From the NCBI GenBank assembly GCA_973895155.1, contig OZ316893.1:17428770-17492769 (forward strand): a DNA stretch of 64,000 nt, written 5' to 3'. Positions 37,187 to 48,479 of this stretch are shown piece by piece; the first letter of the stretch is position 1; every line of letters starts with the position of its first letter. The notes under the pieces were generated by a model. It was not told the DNA's origin and did no database searches. It saw nothing but the letters and a program-made list of their open reading frames with translations. The stretch is from Marsupella aquatica. Lineage: Eukaryota; Plantae; Marchantiophyta. Made by a program: the position numbers and the translations under genes.

Positions 37187-39485
37187 ACGTATTAACACCA
37201 AGCATCAATGTATCCCGCAACATTAACCCAAATAGCGTTTAGCCACACAACGTTCTTCACAAATTAACGTCGTCTTTGAGGTTGCAGGGAAATTGTTGAA
37301 TTTAATTAACGTAGTTCTGTACTACATATTTAATCAATTAACATTGTTCTGTACGATGTTATTATGGGTAACGTTGTCTCTAAACCCTACACCCCTAGTT
37401 AACGTTGTAAGTTGCAACGTTCAATTAGGGTAATGGCGGGTCTCCAAGGTTCCTAGGTTGCGGCTATTTTCCTTTAACAAAACATTGGGTTGTGACTCAA
37501 ATGTGACTCACATTCAACATTCAACACTTCCCCTCTCCCCCTCTTGACCTCCTATCTTAATAGTGAATGACTATGGCTCATCCAAGCTACCTCCCTTCTA
37601 GTGAAGATTTTGATGCAGACTTGGTGGCTATGGATGATCCAGGGGAGTTAGAAAAGGTGTGTAAAGCTATGCTATCGACACATTTGCTGATACATGCTTT
37701 CAACCAGAATTGGAAGTTCTTGGGAGGAAAAGGAAGCAAGGAGTCTCAGTTTCTGGAGTACCTGGAAAATATAGAGGCCAATGCTCCTGCCCTCGATGAT
37801 TATGTAGAAACTGAAGATGCAGCTCTCTTGGGGGAGGTTGAGGGGCCTTTGATTGATGCTCTCAACTCCTTCCCATCCCTACCAAATGATATATGGGTGG
37901 GACGATCCTGCCTTCAATGGAATGCAGCTTGATTCTCAGGCACCTAGTGGGACCCCAATCAAGAGCGTGGCCAGGGTAGCACATGACAAATTCCAGCTTG
38001 ATCAGGATCAAGACTCTTGCAGGCAGAGGAGGCATCGTGATAGACCACACAACAGCAATAGCAGCCTTGATGAGAGAAGACGGAAGGGGAAAGGGAAGGA
38101 GCATAGAGATGCATATACACACAATAGAGGCAGATACAAAAGAAGAAGAACAGAGGGAGATGCAGGGGCAGATAGAAGAGAGAGGTACTCACCTCAGTGT
38201 GAACGTCACTCCCACAAGAAGCGATGACCTTCTCGTGTGCAACCTATAACTACTGTTGTGAGTCAAGACAAACTCCCAACCATCACCTTGGATGCGTTTG
38301 ATGCTAGGCCAGATGTTCTGGATGAGAAGGCCCTCACAAATTGAGTGCAAACGTGTTGTGCCAAGCACTATCCTGGTTGGACAACTTGGAAGGATCTCGC
38401 GCAAAACCCAAAGAAGTTTCAGCTCCTCCTAAACGATGTGCGGGCTGAGTTTAGGAACGACCGTGAAATAGACTACAGGCACATCAGATAGAAGATTGTA
38501 GGCTACCTTGCAGATCGAAGGTTTAGATGGAGAAACAAGGTTCAAAAAATGAGATGCCCAAGGATAGAGCAATACCTGAAACTAGAAGGAATGAGCGAGG
38601 CCGACTTCAAGTTGATCGTGGCTGAGTTGGAAGCAGCACCTGACACCCCAGTAGGCAAGCAAGTGCACATGGGGGACAAAGCTACTGCAGCCTGCAAATC
38701 AAATGACTGCCTGCGTGTGACCAATTTCTGGGGCCAGGGAGGATGGCGAGGCTTCCTCATAACCTATGTAAGTCCCCCACCCTCTTCAAAGCACAGCTTG
38801 TTCATGCTTCGGCCGCTGCGGTGAGAACACTAACTTAACATCGTTTTTCCCCTCTAACATCGTACATGCTACAATTTACGTCTCCCCATCCTATGTTCTT
38901 TCTAACTAACATCGTCTCTCACGATGTTACATTTAATTAACGTCATTCCTACATTGTTAATATGGCAGCTAAACCTTAAACCTTGATTTGAACAATGTTA
39001 AGTCAAAAACGTTGTTTGGATCTCTATAACTAACGACGGTGGTGACGACGTTCTCCAATTTCCTGCAGAAATGCAAGTTTGGAGCCAACGCCGAGCCAAG
39101 CGAGCAGGAGCGGCTCTATTCAAAACGCTATGGCCTGGAGGCCCTATGGGCTAAGCTGGACTCTATCTTGAAGGACCACCCAGTGGTAAGTTACATAGTC
39201 AGGTTAGGTTCTTGCTATGCTAGGTTTTGCATTCACTATTTGCACGAGGTATTAAACTGAAATCTTATGTCATGTGCAGGAGGATTGGACTCCTCCAAAG
39301 GGGTTAGTGGCATGGCCCATTGCAGAGGATGAGGAGGCAGATCATGGAGGGGAGGAGCCTGATATGCAGGAGGAGGCCCTAGTAGACTGTGGGCAGGAGG
39401 GCAGTTTAGGTACACAGGGCCGGTCTTCTTCTGACCTCTCCCCTGTAGTGGAGACTGCTAGGGGTCGTACCAGCCATAGACAACG

Positions 39486-39519
<34 letters not shown>

Positions 39520-39555
39520 AGAGAGAGGGGGAAGGAGGGAGAGACATAGAGAGAG
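39486..39555. repeat. (GA)n-rich microsatellite
   Basis: gagagagagagagagagagaagagggagggagagagagagaggggg. Confidence 0.9.
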
Positions 39556-39679
39556 GAGGAGGAGCCGTGTCGAGAGGGATGCCACTAGGGGACCCAGTGG
39601 CACTAGAGATGTAGTCCCCAGGAGTAGAGGCAAGGGAGCTACGGAGTTGGTGTCTGGTAGCAGTAGTTCAGAGGAGGAT

Positions 39680-42600
39680 TGTGATGCCTAGCCAGGAATC
39701 ACTAAGCCGGTTTACATGGTAAAAGTAGGAGTGTACCCTAGAAACACCTTAGTATAGTAACAAGACAAGGAAAATATAAACAATTAAGGGTGACTATGGA
39801 ACCCGGGCCGAGGCCGGAAGTAAGGACGTCGGGGGAGAGAACATGATTAGGGTTAGGGCGCGCTAAGCGTCGGCGGCTAGGGGTGACCAACGGGAGGGAA
39901 GACCAGAGGAGGAGAGGGGTAAGGACCGTTCGCGAGGAATGGTGGCTCATTTGCAAGCACAAACTGGGCAGACGACTACGGGAGGCCAAATACTGTCAGC
40001 TGCTTAGGCAAGCACTTTGGTGGGAACAGATACCAACGATCGAGTCAAGGAGAGTATGAGCAATGTCAATCAAGCGGCACATTTTTGGGGATGCCTGTTC
40101 GAACAGGCAACTGAGTACATTGGGACTTACGAGGATGAAGAATCAGAGAGAGCAGCTCGAGAATGGCAGGAGCTCGCTCGACTGCGGGAGCTGTAGAAGT
40201 CTGCCTTCTTAGGAGGAGAACTCATCAAGGCCGAGTTCTTGTGGACTCCTACTGCCAATCAGCTCGATGACCTTCTATTTTTCAAAGACAGAATCGTTGG
40301 CATTCGGGAAGCCATCAACCGCTGCAACGACGCGCACTGGGAGTTGAAGGGTAGCACGGAAGGGTGGACAAAGGCAACTGTGCTAGGAGAAACATCCACG
40401 GCAGCCAAGATGAAGAGGAAAGGAAACAACAACGAAGAGGCCACCCCGGCAAAAAGAACCAAGGAAACCAGTAGAGCAGCAGAATAGGAGGCAGAGAGAA
40501 GCCAGGAGGTCGATCCCATCAATGCCATTCCACCAAAGGATGACACCTGGAAAGGCTGGGCGGCGACCCTACCAGAGGAAGTGCAATTACATTTTGCACG
40601 GGAGGACGATGCATGCTTTACGGCCATGCAGACCAGGAAGTACCAGGGCTTCATGGCCGGATCCAGCTTGGAAGCCTTTGTAAGATTACCATGGCTGAAG
40701 CCGGAGGTGCCGGACTCAAACTTATTAGAATTCATGGGATCATGGGAACCCGAGACCAATTCCACGAGGGTGTATGGGAAGGATTTCTATCTCACTCCCC
40801 GGGTGATTGCCGATGGGTAATAAGACCAAGGTTGATACCAGGAAGACCTTACCTGACAAGGAGTTCCGGTCGTTCCCAGGACCATCAACAAAGAATGGCT
40901 TCTTCCGGAACACCTGCACCAACCCGCACATCGGAGAGATGATCAATTTCTTGCGGGTGACCATGCATTGTAACTTGCCGAGGGCAGAGATCGGCAAGGC
41001 TCAGGTCTACCTGGCAGAAAGGCCAGACCCAAGCCGGGATTACAACGGGTACCTCCTCAACCAACTGAAGAAGATCTTGAAGGAGGAACAGCAGGCGATC
41101 GGCGTGGGAAGCGTGTCCCGGCTTGGCTATCACATGCCGCTGTTGTGCCGGTATGCCAAAAGTCAAATCTTTGCCCCAGTACTTCCCCTATCGGCAAGGG
41201 CACCGGAGGAGGTTTCGGAGCAGAGGCCGGCAACAGAAGAGCCCAACCAGCCTGCCAGTCCTATGATCGAGCAGGTGTTTCGGCCAAGGAAAGAAGACTT
41301 GCCGATGCAGCAATCAGGCATGCAGAATCTGCTGAAAATGCTGGAGAAGGAGAGAACGGCACCAGCAACGGCAAAGGCACCGGTATAGGACACTGCCCTA
41401 GAGGCCGGCCTAAGCCAACTCAGGAGGGAAAACCCCATTACCAGAGCCAAGGAGAGAAGGACGCCGGAACACAAGCCGGGAGTGCGAATGTATGTGGGAG
41501 CCTCAAGCCCCGAATCAGAGGCAGAGCAGCCTAAGGCTCCTTCCCACGGAGAGCAGAGGGAGAGGACAGCCTGGAACCCAGAGGAGGAACAAGAGCCCGT
41601 GATCTGTGAGGCCATTTTCACGGCAGGACCAGGGGAACAGAGGGGGAAGCCGTGAGTCCAAGCAGTGGAGGAGGCGGTGGAGGACTACAGCAATGATAAC
41701 TCCGGCTATGGGTCGGATCATCATGTTCCAGGAGTAAGGACCTGTGGCCGATTTATCCCCACGCTTCCAAGAGTAGTTTGAGGGGACCCCACCCAGCAGA
41801 GTAGCCCCGAGTCTCCCCCACCAGAGGTTGCTCCCCCGAGCTTTGACGGCATAAAGCAGACGGCACAAGAATTTCAGGAGCGACTTAGGGAGGAAGAGAA
41901 AGCAGCCCTGGCTAGGGAGAAAGATTTACTAGGAGGAGATTGGTCGGAGGACATCAGGTGGCTTGCCGAAAAAAAGAAGCAACCCTCTTGCCACCGTAGA
42001 AGAAATCCGCAAGGCGGCTTGGGAACAGAGGCTGAGGTGGTTGATGCCGATGACTTCTACTTACTCCACCTATGCTAAAGATAGAGCCATGGAGTACGGG
42101 GAGATGTGTGGGGACCTGGCGCTCAGCATCTTTGGGGAGGAGTTGGAGCAGGGACCTTTCTTCCAGAGGGAGAGGTTGGAGAAGCACCGATTAGAAGAAG
42201 TGGTGGCTTTGGAGAGAAGCAAGAAGGACGAGGTCATCCGACGGCTTAGGAAGAAGGAAGCCGAGGTGGAAGTCCTGCAGGCGGCCAAGAAAGCCCAAGA
42301 TGAGTTGCGGATTAAGCAGCATGAGCTAAACATCATGCAAGGACAATTGGATGCCGCTCAGTCTGGCAATCAGATTATCAAGGATAAACTGACTCAGACC
42401 CAAGGAGAGTTGGCCAGCGCGGTCAAGGACAGGGAAAAGTGGAAGCAGGAGCTGAGGGACGTAGAGGAGGCCCACTTAACCGCCAACAACCGGGCCATGG
42501 CGGAGACTCAAAGAAGGGAGAGGGCATTGAAAGGAGAGCTCAAAGATATCCACGGAGCCCTTGAGCAGAAGGAAGCCAAGTTAGGGAAATCCTATCAAGG

Positions 42601-44351
42601 GATTATTGCGCTGCAGCAGGAGCTTGCGTCCCTGACGGCCAGCTTCAAGGCCGACCTGCGTGAAAAGGACGACCAGCTCGACCAGACTTATGCCAAGATG
42701 AATAAGATGGAGTCTGAGGTCGTAGCAGAGCTCGACAAGGAGCTAAGAGCAACCCAGGAGGAGAGGGCTACCTTAAAATTGGAATTGGAAGAAGCCAGAA
42801 AGGAGCTGCAGGAGGGACGGAAGGACCTGGAGGAAGCCCAGGAGGAGTTGGAAGAAACCACCAAGAAGATGGAGAACTTACAGCGGCGGGCCGACAACCA
42901 AACGGAGCGGCTGAAGAAACAGGCCACAGTATTTAAGTGCTTAGCTTCATTTGGTCCAACTCCAATTGTGGGAACTCCGTTACCAGGAGGGGTACTGGCC
43001 GAAAGACAAGTTGAGACACACGCCCCGGTGCCGGAGGTAGGTAGCAAGGGGAGGGACCAGCTGTCAAAATAGGGAAGAAGAAGAAGCAAATACCTTCTGG
43101 GTCTGGGAGTTATACGGCTTCTCAAGCCGTTGTGACAGAGAAGATAAACCCGCACCAACCTCCGGCATTGACACGGCGGTGGATCCACCAGTCCTAGGAA
43201 GTGGGGATGGCAAGGCCGAGGCCGGGACAACCAGTAATGAAGCCGAGGTACCAGGTCCTCCACTAGAACATGCCGGGGAGGCCGTGGCCGATGCTGAGGC
43301 CAAAGCCAAGGGTGGACCCAGTCAGGCCGATAAAGAGTTGACTCGGTCCGGGGTAGGTAATCTGTCAGAGGATGGACCAACGGCAGTGGCTGCGGAGGAA
43401 GCGTTGGGGGCGTCCATTCAGGACCAGCCACCGGGGTCGTGACGGTGTAAGGGAGCCGTCCCTTTTAGGGAGGGCGGACGTGGAGGTAGGAGGCGTGAGT
43501 GGGTAGGGCGGGCGCTGATCTCCAAGTTTAGACTAAGGATCAGGACCAGGAGACGGCCCTGACACTTAGATTAGTGGGATTGCGGATCCACGAGTAAGGG
43601 CGACACTTGTGCTCCTGCCTCGCTGTACATAGGTAGATTACAGTTAGGTAGATTATAGATAAGTAGATTAGGCTTACGCTGCAAGGAATCAGGCGGATCC
43701 ACAACCAGGATAAGTACCTGGGCTGCGGGGAGTTCAGGGCCTCTTCTTTAACAAGTTTTTAGTTGCACCAGCAGGGCTGGGATCAAGTAGTAAGAGAAGC
43801 TCTTGGTTAGTTATACAGTGACCCTTGTGTATATTCATGTTTCCTCATGCCTAAGAACTGAATAGAGTTGGCCTCACGGCTTAGTTCGTAGAGCTTGTGT
43901 ATGGGATGTACTATTTGTATGGCAAGTGCATGGTATAACTCAGTCAGAAGGAGTCATTTTGCTATTTGCGTGTCGCATTAACTTGTGTGAAGAGTGCCCA
44001 CATCATGAAGGGAAGTAGCAAGGGAGTGAGAGTTGGATGTGTCAAGCTGAGAGAGGTCTTAGCGGCCTAACCAAGCCAATTGGGGATCATTCCGGCGGCG
44101 GAATCCAAATATACCTAAAGAAAGCGAGAGGAAGACAAGGGAAGGCCTAGATTGGGCCGGCTACGTATCTCATGACCCGATGAAGGATCTGTCCAGTATA
44201 TGTGTGTAAAATGTTAATAGTAGTAGTAGAGGAAATTAGCAACGTCCCATGCCGCTAAGCCGCGGAAACGGCCTCGCCAAGGATGAAACCTGCGGGAATC
44301 GGCTTGTGCGGGGGGGTTTCTTGGGTTTGGGGAGCCATGGGACGCACCACA
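39680..44351 (+). mobile_element. Giant solo LTR-like element, family 2 (4672 bp), with a long degenerate ORF ~40056-43442
   Basis: TG...CA termini; 5-bp TSD AGGAT (39675-79, 44352-56); no internal LTR pair and no RT/INT; second copy at 61314-62955. Confidence 0.88.
40056..43442 (+). pseudogene. LTR-internal ORF of family 2 (PMD-like region plus long coiled coil at 41963-43072)
   Basis: LEAFVRLPW..LLEFMGSW..TRVYGKDFYLTPRVIAD..LPMG; 369-aa E/K/Q-rich heptad segment; frameshifted. Confidence 0.65.
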
Positions 44352-45082
44352 AGGATCCACTTTGGTACGAGTTGCGGCCCCAAGGCAAACAGTCAGAGGC
44401 ACCACCTGGTTTTTCTGTTCGCAGGTTTGGATGCAATAGGAGCCGCTCTCAGCGGCATTAGGGTATACCATGCATGACTAGCTGGACGTCCACCTGCATT
44501 TTGTACATTTTTGGCAAAAAAAGTTGACACCACCCATTTATAGTGGCATTCCCGCCTTCATATGTCTATTTTATGTGTATTCTGTGTGTATATGAACCTA
44601 AACCTAAAGCCCACCCAACTAAGGTAGCCAGAAGGATGTGACATACAAGATTAATGTTTACCCTAAACGGCACTCCATTCATGTCTCTCCATTCTTGGTA
44701 CTATTTTCAAACATTCTCGTTAACACCATCTATACCAAGCCTCAGACAACTTACTACTCATACGTCTTGGACAGACTCATCATTAACAACATCACAAACA
44801 ACGAAATACACCCTTAATGTTGTTTTAAATGATGTTATATGGTGATTTTCCTGTTCAATCTGCGTCCAGAATAACGACTCTATCTACGATGTTAATATGT
44901 AACGTAGTACATTCGGACATAGAGGACGATGTAAACTGTAACCTTTGTTACTTTGTACAAAACGTGGCCTCATTCACGTCGAGTGTGACACCTTCCCAAA
45001 CACCTTTCTTTAGCGGCAAGGAGACATTGGGCTTAACGTCTTCATGTAACACGTAAAGAGTCCTAATAATGTAGTTGTGACA

Positions 45083-45440
45083 TAACATCTCCCACAATAA
45101 TGCAGATCTTGGATCATGAAATACATGTCCAATTCCAGCCCGAGATTGACCCTGACATGGCCAACCCGCAATCACCAAATCAATGGGGCCAACACGATCC
45201 AAATGATTTTCCCCCAATAATGAAATATCAGCAGGCAATGCATGCTGATAACCATGAACGACATCCACTGGCAACAACTATGGATAACGTTCCACCAACA
45301 TTGCTACATGACATAGTGAGATCCTCAGTGTTATCTCATCATTTTCCATGTACAAGCAACGACGCATGGGAATTCTTGCTTGAAGAACAACAGCCAATCC
45401 AGTGCTAATCCCACCAAATAGATCCAACAAACAAATACCC
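45083..45440 (-). pseudogene. DNMT3-like domain of copy A, N-terminal piece (motifs I-V, intact catalytic PCQ)
   Basis: ICLLDLFGGISTGLAVV (motif I), YMENDE (II), ADIS (III), GPIDLVIAGWPCQGQS (IV; PCQ 45152-45160), DPRSALLWEML (V). Confidence 0.92.
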
Positions 45441-45811
45441 TCCTTTGGATACTGCCACGCAATAGGAGCGGTATCCAATGGTGAAAGGGTCACTGGTCCA
45501 TCTGCAAAAGACTGTTGTGCTCTTGACTTTGGTGTGAAAGCATGACGCTAGGCATCATGTATCAATTGGGCCACATTTTGTTGCAAGGCCTCTCCAGTAC
45601 CCCATACTGGTGCCACAATAGTATCAATAGGTAATACACCCATCGTGTGTTCCTCACGTGGCTCCTCCATTGCCGGAACATCTGTTGGATGTGCGTTACC
45701 TTCAATCAAATCATTAGATCTAGTAATCAAACTACTAAATGTTGCCAAAGACAATGGTGCAAATTTAGGACCACCCATAGGTCCACTAAATCGCACTGGC
45801 AATCGGCTCAA

Positions 45812-46153
45812 TCAAGCATCTCTAGATTGCCAATTGGGTCGATACGACACCAACTCATCCCAAAAATCAAGAACAAATCCCATAGGATAAAGTACTGTAC
45901 ATCCCACTAACACATCATATGACTTAGGCTTAGTCAAAATAGCTTGAGCTTGGATCCGTGAGTTATCCTTTGGATGATCCCCTTGAATCCTAAGTTCAAG
46001 TGCTTGTCTGGTGATATGTTGTTTGGGTGTAGGTCCTCCCAATGAAGTCTGAAAGGGAAAGGGACACTCCTCAAAATTATCTGGACGTAATCCCAATCCT
46101 TGTATTGCAGACTTACCCAACATCAAGGGTTGAGCACCAGTATCTAGTAACAC
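45812..46153 (-). pseudogene. Retroviral-type aspartic protease of copy A
   Basis: VLLDTGAQPLMLG...YDVLVGCTVL. Confidence 0.85.
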
Positions 46154-46419
46154 TCGTTCTGACTGGTATATTGCTCCAAAAGGCCCAACTAATCAAAAGA
46201 TATCACTCCAATTATCCCATGATACCACACTAGGTTTAAACCTAGTTCTCTCAAAGGCAAGGCGTGTTTGTAACTCCATCAACCTCGCTGCTACTGCTTG
46301 CCATGTTTCACCACTAGCAATAGGTGGAATCAACTCCACAACTTCAGAATTTATGCACTATCTCTGCATGAGAAGCAACAACTGGAGTGTCTTCACATAA
46401 TGTGGCCGCCAATCTGAAC

Positions 46420-47019
46420 TATCGTGCGCATACACATCGCTACACAACATACATCGCTTGTCACATACATCCAAACATAGTCACACTGTCACATCACAAA
46501 CATGAGAGAATGGAATACAAGTGGAACTCATGTCCACACATGTCCAAAACCCACAATAATCTCAATAGAATCAAACCTCGATCGATGCCAAAATGCACTC
46601 AATCCTGTCCGATCCGATCACACACATATGTTGAGCCAACGCACCTTGCACTCAAGGAATCCACGCTACATAGAGAGAGCTCTTACCCACCATAGCTACC
46701 ACTTGAGCTCTCCTCTCCAAGGCTCAACATCAAAAGATAACCTTTTGATGCCTCACAAGAGAGCACTACCCTCTTACATAAACCTAACAAAACCTTATTG
46801 GCTCATATAGCACACATACTAAACATATGGATCTAGATAGTACAATACACTCTAACACTACCTAGAATGGTGTGATAGCTGTCGTGCGCATACACATCGC
46901 TACGCAACATACATTGCTTGTCTCATACATCCAAACATAGTCACACTGCCACATCACAAACACGAGAGAATGGAGTACAAGTGGAACTCATGTCCACACA
47001 TGTCCAAAACCCACAATCA
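46420..47019 (-). repeat. 3' LTR of copy B, with 140-bp direct repeats at both ends (46420-46559 and 46880-47019)
   Basis: tgtcgtgcgcatacacatcgc...cccacaatca at 46880-47019, near-identical copy at 46420; adjoins PPT. Confidence 0.82.
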
Positions 47020-47193
47020 CCCCCCTAGCTGGAAGTAAGGTCCCCTAACTCTAGCTAGCCATGAGTTCTACAAGGGTGATATACACCTTTTCAGGTGTGA
47101 AAATCAGGAGGCCAGGTGCAAGTGAGCCCCATCGATCACCTACTTGCAATCCATATCTTCCAAGAGAACACAACTCATAACTAGTTGGCTTCA

Positions 47194-47331
47194 CCGACAC
47201 TAAGGACACAACCATGATCCACTAAGAATCATCTGGAATGGTGGTGTCAAACACGACATGTGTCATCCTCTAGAACACTTATCACAAATCGATATAGTAG
47301 CTGCTCCCTGAGCAAATCCACACAACATACA
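47194..47331 (-). pseudogene. PHD finger of copy B
   Basis: CMLCGFAQGAATISICDKCSRG*HMSCLTPPFQMILSGSWLCP*CR. Confidence 0.88.
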
Positions 47332-47339
47332 CTTCAAAC

Positions 47340-47830
47340 CAACATGAACATGTGCTAAGTTGAGATTCACTGTACCATCAATGTTTGGAAGATGACATGG
47401 TGCACAGTTGCGCACATGAGCCTTCCAAACCATACCATCATGTCCTCCAACATTAGAACACCAGAAGGCAACACTTCACGCAAACGTAAAATGGTCCAAC
47501 CTGCGGTCACATCAAGTGTAGTGGGTGTTGTCTGCTGCAAATGAATATAATCACCATGATGAAATCACCAAATCCTGGCATGATAACCTCCTCCACAAAT
47601 AGTGGCATACCACACACTTAGCTATCAGTCATTGGACATGAGTGTGCATACCACGCCACCAATATTGTGTCTGCAACAAGCTGTAAGTGCGCTTCACACC
47701 AAAGTGACCCAACTCCTCATGCGCATGTCGCACCAAATGTACTTGTTGTGATGGTTTTGGTACCACCAATACCTTACCATCACGTAGTACTCTCAAAAGA
47801 TGGTTTCCTTCCCATCAAAACCTCTTGGCT
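47340..47830 (-). pseudogene. Integrase remnant of copy B (zinc-binding region and C-terminus; catalytic core deleted near 47612)
   Basis: HEELGHFGVKRTYSLLQTQYWWRGM..AKCVV joined directly to YATICGGGY. Confidence 0.75.
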
Positions 47831-48479
47831 CTTTGCAAAACCCTGTCACGCTCCTTGGCATCAACACTACCACCAATAGAACCAATGCGCAGGTATTCCA
47901 ATACTCTCTCATCGTTGTGAATATCCTGTTGTCCAACCACAACCTCACCAACATCCATATCTGTAGACTCATCATCTACTTCATCCAATAAAGTAGAGTC
48001 CACAGATCCACTGCATGCTGGAACCCAACAAAGGATGACAAATGCATGTCATCCTGGCACCATCTCCTTATCTGACTCATCATGCCATCTGGCTCTAGTC
48101 TCATCCTCTTGACTGGGACATGGATTGCAGCTCAATCCATCTACATCCAAGTTCACCTTTCTAGGCCTATGCACATCCTGGAAATCATACTCTTGTAACA
48201 ACAATGCCCATTGTGCAAGCTTTCCTGTAAGCTTGTCAGACTCCATTAACCACTTGAGAGGCTGATGATCAATGATCAAGGTGAAGGGGTTACCAAACAA
48301 GTAGCAACAAAAATGTGCCATAGCCCATACTGCTGCCAAACACTCTCCCTCATAAAAGCTATACTTAGCCTCTGTTGCATTGTTTGATCTACTAGCTTAT
48401 ACCACAACAAACTCATTCCCCTCATCATCCTTTTGAGTCAGCACTGCTCCAAGTCCTACTCCACTCCAATAAGTGTGTA

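Larger units (their letters stand above)
37567..44480 (+). pseudogene. Putative CACTA TnpA-like gene, multi-exon, degenerate, interrupted by a solo LTR; limits approximate
   Basis: Frames around 38230-38770 read YPGWTTWKDL...IVGYLADRRFRWRNK...NFWGQGGWRGF, reminiscent of TnpA/Transposase_24 proteins; GTAAGT donors near 38768 and 39185. Confidence 0.45.
15649..45079. mobile_element. CACTA (En/Spm) DNA transposon, 29.4 kb including nested insertions, inserted in the copy A DNMT
   Basis: Left end CACTACTAGATT at 15649; right end AATGTAGTTGTG (10/12 match to the reverse complement) ending 45079; 3-bp TSD ACA (15646-48, 45080-82); removal rejoins SALLWEML-CVSRHLQ...YILENV in frame. Confidence 0.87.
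7949..46419 (-). mobile_element. DNMT3/PHD-encoding Gypsy LTR retrotransposon, copy A (degenerate, heavily nested; 5' part displaced beyond the window by copy B)
   Basis: 3' LTR 7949-8535, PPT 8536-8545, PHD, integrase remnant, RNase H, RT, split DNMT, protease 45812-46153; colinear with copy B. Confidence 0.88.

Noticed and set aside
41963-43072. Host myosin/SMC-like coiled-coil gene or a retroviral env
   Set aside because: It lies inside a TSD-bounded TG..CA element; no motor or ATPase motifs and no clear signal peptide or transmembrane segment.
45083-45440. Host DRM/DNMT3 gene, or bacterial methyltransferase contamination
   Set aside because: Motif order is not DRM-permuted, no introns are apparent, and the domain sits between protease and RT at the same position in two retrotransposon copies within eukaryotic DNA.
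46868-46879. TGGTGTGATAGC as a tRNA-iMet primer-binding site (also at ~8385-8396)
   Set aside because: Only 9/12 match to TGGTATCAGAGC, and it is on the wrong strand and side relative to the element.
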